Part shown: piece after piece, positions 11,062-20,900 of the stretch
Numbering within the stretch: the first letter of the stretch is position 1
How the letters are laid out: the number at the start of each line of letters is the position of its first letter
Assembly (NCBI GenBank): GCA_963675595.2
Contig: CAXXLZ010000002.1
Location: 928,001-992,000, forward strand
Reading direction: 5' to 3'
DNA length: 64,000 bases
Origin: Thermodesulfobacteriota bacterium
GTDB taxonomy: Bacteria > Desulfobacterota > Desulfarculia > JACQYL01
The notes under the pieces: generated by a model
What the model saw: the letters and a program-made list of their open reading frames with translations, nothing else
What the model was told of the DNA's origin: nothing
The model's database searches: none
Program-made: the position numbers and the translations under genes

Positions 11062-12195
11062 TCAAGGTACGGTCACATCTCTGGCTAAACGGAAGCCTAT
11101 CCTACCGCTGCGATAAGCCTGCAATGCAAAGCCCCTGCGCGCACAACGAAGGCGTCTAGCTGAATTTCGCCAGCTACCCCCTCGATAAACTCGTGCTGTA
11201 CCCGACGATGGACCCGTAGGGTCCGTCACTGAGCCTTCAGGATAATCACCGTACCAATCTTCCACCCACTCGTGTACGTTTCCGTGCATATCATACAGTC
11301 CCCATGCGTTGGGTTTCTTCTTCCCTACCAGAGGCGTTTCCGTACCTGAATTTGCTTCAAACCACGCGTATTCTCCCAGAACACGGTCATCGTTTCCGTA
11401 ACAATATCTTCTTCCAATCCCGCCGGACCTGCAAGCATATTCCCACTCCGCTTCGGTCGGGAGTCTGTATCGTTTCGAGCCTACGGATTCATTCAGTTTG
11501 TTTATGAACTTGCAGCAGTCATCCCAAGAGACCCCTACTGGCGCATCGTCCCACCAATCCTTTGACAAAAGATGAGGCATGGCGTTAAGAAAACTCTTCC
11601 ATTGGAACAATGTCACTTCCGTGGTCTGTAAGTAGAATCCTTTGGTCAGGGTAACCTCGTGCTGAGTCTCCAAACTGCTTCGATCCTCTTCATCCGGTGG
11701 ACTTCCCATCAAGAAAGTCCCGGGAGGAATGTACACGAATTCAAACTTGCTGCCTTTGATTTGGTCGACTATCGAGACCTTGGGCATGTCTATCGGCATC
11801 GCGGACGGCATGGAAGCGGTTGTCGAATCCGGGATGAGCCGAGCCTCAACCACCTGTTTCTCGCCCACTCGCACCTGGATCAAGTCTTTCCAATCTCTGT
11901 ATCCTATCATCTTCATATCGACCCTATGACTTTCTGGAGTAACTTCGGATTTGTGCCCCGGAGTGGTCCCCATGAACTCTCCATCAAGATACCAAAGGGC
12001 TCCAGGCGGTTCACTGCGCACTTCTAGTCCGGTCATTGAAGCCGTGCCCTTATCACCTTGATTGCTCAAAGATGAAACGTCATGGGGACTCACAGGTACT
12101 TCTTCTTGTGACCCAGAAGAACTATCGAAATAGAGGAAAAGCCAAACAAAACTTAAGATCAGGGAATATCTGGCGATATTCGACTTCAAGTTCAT
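11062..12195 (-). CDS. PEGA + FGE-sulfatase (SUMF1/COG1262) protein, TagR-like
   Basis: Signal/TM; PEGA (LEVRSEPPGALWYLDGEFMGTTP); FGE motifs IPPGTFLMGS, RLPTEAEWEYACR, KPNAWGLYDMHGNVHEW, RGGSW and GFRL. Confidence 0.85.
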   Translation of the reverse strand: MNLKSNIARYSLILSFVWLFLYFDSSSGSQEEVPVSPHDVSSLSNQGDKGTASMTGLEVRSEPPGALWYLDGEFMGTTPGHKSEVTPESHRVDMKMIGYRDWKDLIQVRVGEKQVVEARLIPDSTTASMPSAMPIDMPKVSIVDQIKGSKFEFVYIPPGTFLMGSPPDEEDRSSLETQHEVTLTKGFYLQTTEVTLFQWKSFLNAMPHLLSKDWWDDAPVGVSWDDCCKFINKLNESVGSKRYRLPTEAEWEYACRSGGIGRRYCYGNDDRVLGEYAWFEANSGTETPLVGKKKPNAWGLYDMHGNVHEWVEDWYGDYPEGSVTDPTGPSSGTARVYRGGSWRNSARRLRCARRGFALQAYRSGRIGFRLARDVTVP

Positions 12196-12403
12196 ATCTT
12201 CTCCTTCCCATGAAGCCGTCCCGAGAAACCTATTTCGTATAGTCGCATAGCACCGACAAAGCGGTCTTTTGTTCAGGGAGGGCGTAAAATAGTTTATTGA
12301 TATGAGCATAAAATAGGTTAAGGCACGATACTTAATACCACATGTTTCTTAATTTGATGGGTCATCGCTGATAGTGTAGTTAATTCATGCTATTTGCACT
12401 AAT

Positions 12404-14452
12404 TCATTTGCGACTTTCCATAATAACTTGAATTTTATTAATACTATTTGAACCGACATCTATACTTATTGTTGCCTTGGTCTTTGGAAACTTTTCGATG
12501 ACCTTGCACTTTGGTGGAAAACTATTGTATTCATGGAAACCGGCTACAACCCCGATGTATTTCGCCTCCGGGGCCCTACGAAGCTTTAGTTGCCTGTCGC
12601 TTGCCGGCAGGAGCGTTACCTCTGTCACTTCTCCCGAGGCTGTTTTCGAATCGTCTTCACCAGCCAGGAGCTCCTCACACGAACCGTCAAAATCACTCTT
12701 TTTTGCTAGTTGAAAGATGCGCACAAGAAGTGAATGGGCTTGCCCCTCATGCCAATTCAAGCGCGCACTTGATTTCAGGTATAAGGAATCCTCCACAGGA
12801 GGCTTGACCTTCGGTTCTTGTTTTTCCATCTCTTTCAAGCGTTGTGCAATCTCTAGTTCTTTGGATAGGTCTCGAATTTGGCCGTCTCTCTTGGCCAGAT
12901 CCGTTTGAGCCGCTTTCAACCGATCTTCAACCTCCACTTTCTTACGTTCACATTCCGCCATTCTTTCTTTCGAAAGCTTCAACTCACTGTTGCAGTCCGC
13001 CAATCGCTTTTGCAAATCAGCGGTATCGTTCTTCAAATTCTCTACCGAAGCCAGCCGAACTCGTTGGTTTTCCGCAGCACGTCTCTTAGCCAGCTCAAGC
13101 TCACGTTCCAGCTCGGCAAGGCGATTCGCAGCCTCAGCGGCATCGGATCTTGCTTTTTCTTCCACCGCCAGTCTGAGCCATTTGCTTTTCTCAGCTCTTT
13201 CGTCGGCAAGTTTCGCCTCACCTTCAACTTCCGCAAGACGCCCAAGTACCTCCATCTTTTCCGTTTTTGCGCGCTCTTCGGCATCTCTCATTAAGGATTC
13301 AAATTCTTTGCTTTGAAGCGCCGCTCTTGCCTCAGCCCCATCTGCTCGAACTTTCTGTTTCCCCAATTCCAATGTCAATTCCTGCACTCTCGAACTAAGG
13401 TTCAGAAATTCCGATTGCCTATCCGTCAGTTCATTAGAAAGCTGCGTCAACTTCGATTCGGCTGCTTCCTTTTTCGATCGCTCCTGCTGGAGGGAAAGCT
13501 TAAGTGAATCGATTTCTCGCTCAAGACCCTTGATGCGTCCGACAGCTTCCTCCAGGTCCAAACTCGCCTTCGCTTCAACGGCGAGTTTGAGACGATCAAG
13601 CTCCTCGGCCCGTTCCTTTGAAACACCCAGCTCTCGCTGGATCTCGGCTATCCGGCGTAATGCTTCGGATCTTTCGGCCTTCACCCGCTTTTCGGCTTCC
13701 GTCAGCAACGCCTGGATCTCCTTGTCTTTGGCCGTGACTCTCTCTTCAGTCGCGTCAAGACGTTCTCTTTGTTTGGCCAGTTCAGAAGCCAAATCCCGCA
13801 CCCTGGCCTCAAGAACCTCACGTTTGACTCGCTCGGCCTCAAGTTCCGCAGCCTGCTTTTTAAATTCGGATTCAGCCGATTCTCGCAGCCCTTGCTCTTG
13901 TTTGAGGATGCGATCGAGCTGGACGATCTTTCTTTCTCTATCTCGAATCTCGAGCTCTGCAGCGGCCTTTTCCTCCGCCAGCCTGGTCTTGAGTTCCGCA
14001 ACCTCCGCAACCAAACTTTCGGTCAGCTTGGACTTCTGTTCGCTCAGCCGTTCTCTTTCCAACTTGGCGGCATCCTGTTCAGATAGCGCCAGGGCCGTTC
14101 TGATCAGTTTGTCGGCGACATAGGCATTGTGTAGCCTTTGTTCCGAAGATTGAGAGGTCTCTGCTTTTCTCAGGTAGTCCTCCGCTCTCACCAGAAAAGC
14201 CGACCACGGCCCTGCGATCTCCGGCCTGTTCTTTACTTTTCTTAAAAAGGCACGTGTTTGCATCAAGGCTTGATCAGCATCGGTTCCCAGTTCAGCGGCG
14301 GCTGATTCAGAAACGGAGGCTGAGGAACCGGCCGGCTCAACGGCCCATGTCGATCCTGGGTAAGAGGCAAACACCAACAGAATCCAGCACATAACGGTGA
14401 CGATTAAAAGGCAACGCATATTACAGGCATGCTTCCCAGATCTGTTTTCCAT
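12404..14452 (-). CDS. tssJ: Signal peptide + DUF4398-like helical domain + long coiled coil + C-terminal TssJ (SciN/VasD)-like domain
   Basis: The last ~130 aa (SARLNWHEGQAHSLLVRIFQL...F...TLLP...AKYIGVVAGF) fit the TssJ pattern; the centre is heptad-rich E/K/R/A/L; signal peptide has no lipobox. Confidence 0.72.
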   Translation of the reverse strand: MENRSGKHACNMRCLLIVTVMCWILLVFASYPGSTWAVEPAGSSASVSESAAAELGTDADQALMQTRAFLRKVKNRPEIAGPWSAFLVRAEDYLRKAETSQSSEQRLHNAYVADKLIRTALALSEQDAAKLERERLSEQKSKLTESLVAEVAELKTRLAEEKAAAELEIRDRERKIVQLDRILKQEQGLRESAESEFKKQAAELEAERVKREVLEARVRDLASELAKQRERLDATEERVTAKDKEIQALLTEAEKRVKAERSEALRRIAEIQRELGVSKERAEELDRLKLAVEAKASLDLEEAVGRIKGLEREIDSLKLSLQQERSKKEAAESKLTQLSNELTDRQSEFLNLSSRVQELTLELGKQKVRADGAEARAALQSKEFESLMRDAEERAKTEKMEVLGRLAEVEGEAKLADERAEKSKWLRLAVEEKARSDAAEAANRLAELERELELAKRRAAENQRVRLASVENLKNDTADLQKRLADCNSELKLSKERMAECERKKVEVEDRLKAAQTDLAKRDGQIRDLSKELEIAQRLKEMEKQEPKVKPPVEDSLYLKSSARLNWHEGQAHSLLVRIFQLAKKSDFDGSCEELLAGEDDSKTASGEVTEVTLLPASDRQLKLRRAPEAKYIGVVAGFHEYNSFPPKCKVIEKFPKTKATISIDVGSNSINKIQVIMESRK

Positions 14453-14490
14453 TGAACCACCCTTTCGATGCATCAGGCACTGGATTGGAT

Positions 14491-14895
14491 TTACTCCTTG
14501 CTTTGAACTTCTTCCAAGTGCTTCTTCGATTCCTCGATATCGGTCAACATTTCTTGAGTGCTTTCTTTTTCTTTCTCGGACTGCGCCTTGGCATTAGCAA
14601 GTGTCGCATCCGCCCAGGCCTTTTCAGCCAAAAAATAGGCCTGTTCGTATTCACCCTTGATCAGCAGGTTTTTCGCTTCGTATAGCCCGTCTTCTGCCTC
14701 CATAAGTTCAGGGGGAGGCTCTTGTATATTCTTGCTATTCTTTCTGGCTTCAAGAAGCGTTGTCTCTGCCTTGGTTATCATATTCTCGGTATCGATTCTC
14801 AGTTTCGGAGAACAAGAGACTTGAATAAGTATTAGGAAGGTTAGCATGAATAAACTAAATAGGACTCTTGATCTATCATATCCCAAATAAACCAT
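14491..14895 (-). CDS. DUF4398-like lipoprotein
   Basis: Lipobox-like IQVS-C; PELMEAEDGLYEAK...GEYEQAYFLAEKAWADATLANAKA matches the DUF4398 pattern. Confidence 0.78.
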   Translation of the reverse strand: MVYLGYDRSRVLFSLFMLTFLILIQVSCSPKLRIDTENMITKAETTLLEARKNSKNIQEPPPELMEAEDGLYEAKNLLIKGEYEQAYFLAEKAWADATLANAKAQSEKEKESTQEMLTDIEESKKHLEEVQSKE

Positions 14896-14922
14896 AATTC
14901 TCCCCCAATTTAGAAGTAAATT

Positions 14923-17900
14923 CTATATACCTGGTACCGGAACAAACAACTCCTTAGGATAAGGGCTTGGTTTATCCCTATATTTTTCAGAAGCTTTCTT
15001 TTTTATTTCATCTTTAACAGATTTTTCAACCAGCCTGACCAAATCGTTTAGTTTTGGATAGCTCTGAATCGATTGCTGGTGGCCTTCCACTGTTTGCTTA
15101 AAATCGATGCTTACTTCTAGACAACAATCCAATGTATCACACTTATCAATTCTATTCTGCAAATCCTTAAGTTCATTTTTGAATATAAATGCATCCCAAT
15201 TAATTATCAAACCTGACATTATAGCGTTTGTTTCTCTAACAAAATAGTCAACTTGCTTATGGGTAACATTAACTTTACTAAGTTTTTTAATAATTTCTTT
15301 CGCATTCAATTTTGCCCGTTTTAGGTACTTTATAGAAGTATATCGATCGTATAATTTTCCGTTTTCGTTATCATTTGTTTTTGATCCGGAAAATATTCCA
15401 GATAAACCTGATAGCCAACCGGTATTTGAACCACTATAATAATCTTGGTTATTTTCGGTAAGTTTTGCAAGCCGAACATCTTCGTCAATAATTTCATATC
15501 CTGATATTAAAACACGGAAAACATCGAGAAACTCTCTGTACATTATCACAGTATCATTACTCTTCTCAGTTTTTCCGTACGTGCTGTCGTACTCACTAAT
15601 TATCGTTTCAAGCTTTTCAAATTCAGACGTTCCGTGATTGGGTTGGTGGATTTCGGCCATCAACTTTTCCACCACACGTTTCATTTCCTGCTTCTTTCCA
15701 ATTCTGATCGATTCTCCCTTCTGCTCCATCCGCTCTTTCGACTGGACCACAGCACGTCTTATCTGATCTGCTTTGGACCGTATCGCCGAACTGGAGCCGA
15801 CCAACTCCTTTTTGCTTTGAAGCAAATTTTCCAAAGCAATTTGGATTCCCTCACACGCTTCCACGCCGCCACACTTGACTGCCTTCGCAGCCAAGTCATC
15901 CAGTTGTCCCAAGAGAATCCCTTCGCGGCGCGACGCCAACCGGCCCTGCACATGCTTCCTCGCCGCCTCATTGAAGGTCGCCAGTTTCTTATATGCGGAC
16001 AACCCTTCGATCTCTTTTAGCACCTTCCCGTAGAGTTCCTCGCCCTGCGCGAACAGTCCTTTATTCTCCGCTTCGTCTGCGGCGTTCAGGAAACCCCTCA
16101 GCCGCTTATGCGCCTCCACCAAGTCTCGATAGCTCTTAGCGGTTTCGGACCGGTATCCTTGGGTACTTGAGTACTTTCGGTATTCCGACACCAGACTGCC
16201 CACCTGTTCCATCTGAGCCGAACCGTATCCCGGCGATTGGAAGGACACCTTTCCCAACATCTCTTCCATCTCCCTCACGATGCGCGCGAGCTCACCCTCT
16301 CGTTCCGCCCGTCCTCTCGATGCGGTCACGGCTTTTTCTATCGATTCCGCTTTGGAGCGGACGGCCGAACTGGAATCCATTAGTTCCTTCTGGCCTTGGA
16401 GCAGCTTCTCCAAATCCGTTCGCACGTCCCCGCACGCTTTGACGCTCCCGCATTCCGAGGCTCTGCTCCCCAAATCTTCCAGTTGCGCCAAAAGCATCCC
16501 TTCGCGGCACGACGCCAACCGGCCCTTCACGTGTTCCCTCGCAGCACCGGTGAAAGTCCCTAGTTCTTGATGACCGGACAGGCTTTGGATTTCTTCCAGC
16601 GCCTTCGCATAGAGTTCCTCGCCCTGATCGAACCGTCCTTGATTCTCCGCCTTTTCCGCCGCATCCAGAAGACCCGTCAGCCGTTTATGGGCCTCGATCA
16701 GGTCTTGGTAGCTCTTCACGGTCTTGGAACTGTACCCCCGGGTACTCGAGTACTTCCCATATTTCGAGACCAGCTCGCCCAGCTTATCCATCTCAGCCGA
16801 ACCGTACCCCGAAGACGTGAAAGACACCTTGCCCAAGACTCCCTTCATCTGCCTCGCGATGTAGACGACATCGCTCTCTTCCTGCGCCCGTCCTCTCGAT
16901 GCGGCCACGGCTTTTTCTATCGATTCCGCTTCGGAGCGAATGGCCGAACTGGAGTCCATTAGTTCCTTTTGGTCTTGGAGCAGTTTCTCCAAATCCGTTT
17001 GCACGTCCCCGCACGCTTTGACGCTTCCGCATTTGGACGCCCTGCTCCCCAAATCCTCTAGTTGTGCCAAAAGCATCCCCTCGCGGCACGACCGTATCCC
17101 GTCCCTCACGTACGCTAATGCCCCTGCGTTGAACGTCGCCATTTCCTTGTGAACGGACAGCCCTCGCATTTCTTCCAGCGCCTTCTCATAGAGCTCCTTG
17201 CCCTGTTCGAACCGTCCTTGATTCTCAGCCTTTTCCGCCGCATCCAGAAGACCCGTCAGCCGTTTATGCGCCTCGGTCAGGTCTTGGTAGTTCTTTGCAG
17301 TCTTGGAACTGTACCCCCGGATGCCCGAGTACTTCCCATATTTCGAGACCAGCTCGCCCAGCTTATCCATCTGAACCGAACCATATCCCGGCGATTGGAA
17401 GGACACCTTTCCCAACAACTCATCCATTTCCCTCACGATGCGCGCGAGCTCACCCTCTCGTTCCGCCCGTCCTCTCGATGCGGCCACGGCTTTTTCTATC
17501 GATTCTGCTTTGGAGCGAATGGCCGAACTGGAAACTACTAGTTCCTTTTGGCCTTGGAGCAGCTTCTCCAAATCCGTTTGCACGTCCCCGCACGCCGTCA
17601 CGCTCCCGCATTTGGACGCCCTGCTCCCCAAATCCTCCAGTTGTGCCAAAAGCATCCCCTCGCGGCACGAAGCCAGCCGGCCCTTCACGTAATCCCTCGC
17701 AGTGCCGTTGAAAGTTTCTAATTCTTTATGACCGGATAGGCTTTGGATTTCTTCCAGCGCCTTCGCATAGAGTTCCTCGCCCTGCTCGAACCGTCCTTGA
17801 TTCTCCGCTTCGTGTGCGCCGTTCAAAATACTCGTCAAACGCTCGTGCCCGGCAAGCAGTTCCTGGTAACTCTTAACCGTTTCGGCCTGATATCCACGGG

Positions 17901-20900
17901 CCCTCGAGTATTGCCCGTATTCCAATACCAGACTGCTCAACCTATCCATCTCGGACGAACCGTACCCCGGAGCTTGGAAAAACACCTTTCCCAACGACTC
18001 CTTCATCTCCCTCACGATCCGGAGCAATTCCCCCTCTTCTTGCGCAAGTTTCTTCGACAAAGCCACGGCTTCTCTCACCGCGTCCGCTTTGGAGCGTACC
18101 ATGGGACTGGAGCCGACTAGATCCTTTTCTCCTCGGATCAACGTCTCCAGAGCCGTTTGGATTCCCTCACACGCCTCCACACCGTCACACTTGGCGCCCT
18201 TCCCGGCCAAGTCCGCCAGTTGTGCCAGAAGCATCCCTTCGCGGCACGACGCCAGCCTGCCTCTTACGTACTCTCCCGCCGCCTCATTAAACGAGGCGAG
18301 TTCCTTGTGGGAAGACAGCTGTACGATTTCCCCAAGGGCCTTCTCGTAGAGTTCCTCGCCCTGCGCGAACCGTCCTTGATTCTCCGCCCTTTCCGCCGCA
18401 TCCAGAAGATCCGTCAGCCGTTTATGCGCCTCGATCAGGTCTTGGCAGCTCTTCGCGGTCTTGGAACTGTACCCCCGGGTGCCCGAGTACTTCCCATACT
18501 CCAATAACAGCTTGGCCAACTTGTTCATCTCATCCGAACCGTATCCCGGCGATTGGAAGGACACCTTCCCCAACATCTCTTCCATCTCCCTCACAGTGCG
18601 GGCCAGCTCTCCCTCTGCCAGCGCCCGTCTTTTCGAAGCGGCCACGGTTTCTCGTACGGCCTTCGCTTTGGACTGAATCGCCGAACTAGTCTCTACCAAG
18701 TCTTTTTGCTCCTCAAGCAGCCACTCCAGGTCAACACGCTCTCGTTCGCAAAATTCCACGCTCGCGCACCCGGACGCTCTACGAAGCAAATTCTCCAGTT
18801 GCCCCAAGAGAATCCCCTCGCGGCACGACCGTATCCCGTCCCTCACGTATGCTAATGCGCCGGCATTGAACGTCGCCATTTCCTTGTGAACGGACAGCCC
18901 TTGCATTTCTTCCACCGCCTTCTCATAGAGCTCCTTGCCCTGCTCGAACCGACCTTGCTTACCGGCCTTGTCCGCTTCGTCAAGTAAACTCGCCATCCGT
19001 TTGTGCGTTTCCAACACTTCTCGGTAGCTCTTGGCCGTTTCGGACCGGTATCCGCGTGTCTCCGAGTATCTCACGTACTCCGAGAGGAGCTTACCCAGCT
19101 TGTCCGTTTCAGCCCCGCCGTACCCCGGCGACTTGAAGGAAATCCTATCCAACGACTCCTTCATCTCCCTCGCGATCCGGAGCAATTCCCACTCTTCCTG
19201 CGCCTTTCTTTTTGACACTGCCGCCGCTGCTCTTATGGCTTCCGCTTTGGCCCGGATCGCCGAGCTGGATTCCACCAACTCCTTTTGGCCTTGGAGCAAC
19301 TTCTCCAGAGTCGTTTGGATTCCCTCACACGCCTCCACCCCGCCACACTTGGCGGCCTTCCCGGCCAGATCGTCCAGTTGTCCCAAAAGCATCCCTTCAC
19401 GACACGACGCCGTGCGGCTCATCACATGCTTCCTTGCCGCGTCGCTGAAGGAAGCCGGCGCCTCATGTCCGGACAGGCTTTCGATTTCCCTGAGCGCCTT
19501 CTCGTACAGCTCCTTGCCCTGCTCGAACCGCCCCTCATTCTCCGCTTCGTCCGCAGCGTTCAAAATACTCGTCAAACGCTCGTACCTAGCAAGCAGTTCC
19601 TGGTAACTTTTAATCGTTTCGGCTCGGTACCCCCGAGTCCCCGAGTACTTCACGTACTCCGAAAACAATTCCCTCACCTTATCCATCTGGGCCGAACCGT
19701 ATCCCGGCGATTGGAAGGACACCTTTCCCAACATCTCTTCCATCTCCCTCACGATGCGGGCCAGCTCTCCTTCTCGTTCCGCCCGTCTTTTGGAAGCGGT
19801 CACGGCTCTTTCTACGGCGTCAGCTTTGGTCCGGACGGCCGAACTGGAGTCCATTAGTTCCTTTTGGTCTTTGAGCAGCTTCTCCAGAGCCGTTTTCAAC
19901 TCCCCGCAGGCTTTGACGCTCCCGCATTTGGACGCCCTGCTCCCCAAATCCTCCAGTTGTGCCAAAAGCATCCCTTCGCGGCACGACGCCAACCGGCCCT
20001 TCACATGCTCGCTTGCCGCGTCGATGAAGGCCGCCGGCGCCTTATAGGCGGACAGTCCTTTGATCTCCCTGAGCGCCCTCTCATAGAGTTCCTCGCCTTG
20101 CGCGAATCGTCCTTGATTCTCCGCCTTTTCCGCCGCATCCAGAAGATCCGTCAGCCGTTCATGGGCCTCGATCAGGTCTTGGCAGCTCTTCGCGGTCTTG
20201 GAACTGTACCCCCGGGTGCCAGAATACTTCCCATATTTCGAGACCAGACTGCCCAGCTCTTCCATCTCAGCCGAACCGTAGCCCGAAGACTTGAAAGATA
20301 CCTTGCCCAAGACTCCCTGCATCTGCCTCGCGATGTAGACGACATCGCTCTCTTCCTGCGCCCGTCTTTTCGACACGACCACGGCTTCTCTTAGGGCTTT
20401 CGCTTTGGAACGGACGGCCGAACTGGAATCCATTAGTTCCTTCTGGCCTTGGAGCAGCTTCTCCAAATCCGTTTGCACGTCCCCGCACGCCGTCACGCTC
20501 CCGCATTCGGAGGCTCTGCTCCGCAAATCCTCCAGTTGCGCCAAAAGCATCCCTTCGCGGCACGACGCCAGCCTGCCTCTTACGTACTCTCCCGCCGCCT
20601 CATTAAACGAGGCGAGTTCCTTGTGGGAAGACAGCTGTACGATTTCCCCAAGGGCCTTCCCGTAGAGTTCCTCGCCCTGCGCGAATCGTCCTTGATTCTC
20701 CGCCCTTTCCGCCGCATCCAGAAGATCCGTCAGCCGTTTATGCGCCTCGATCAGGTCTTGGCAGCTCTTCGCGGTCTTGGAACTGTACCCCCGGGTGCCC
20801 GAGTACTTCCCATATTTCGAGACCAGCCCGCCCAGCTTATCCATCTCAGCCGAACCGTATCCCGGCGATTGGAAGGACACCTTTCCCAAAACTCCCTCCA

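Noticed and set aside
11062-11200. Third DGR variable region in the PEGA-FGE gene
   Set aside because: No NNC codon bias and no shared 3' element
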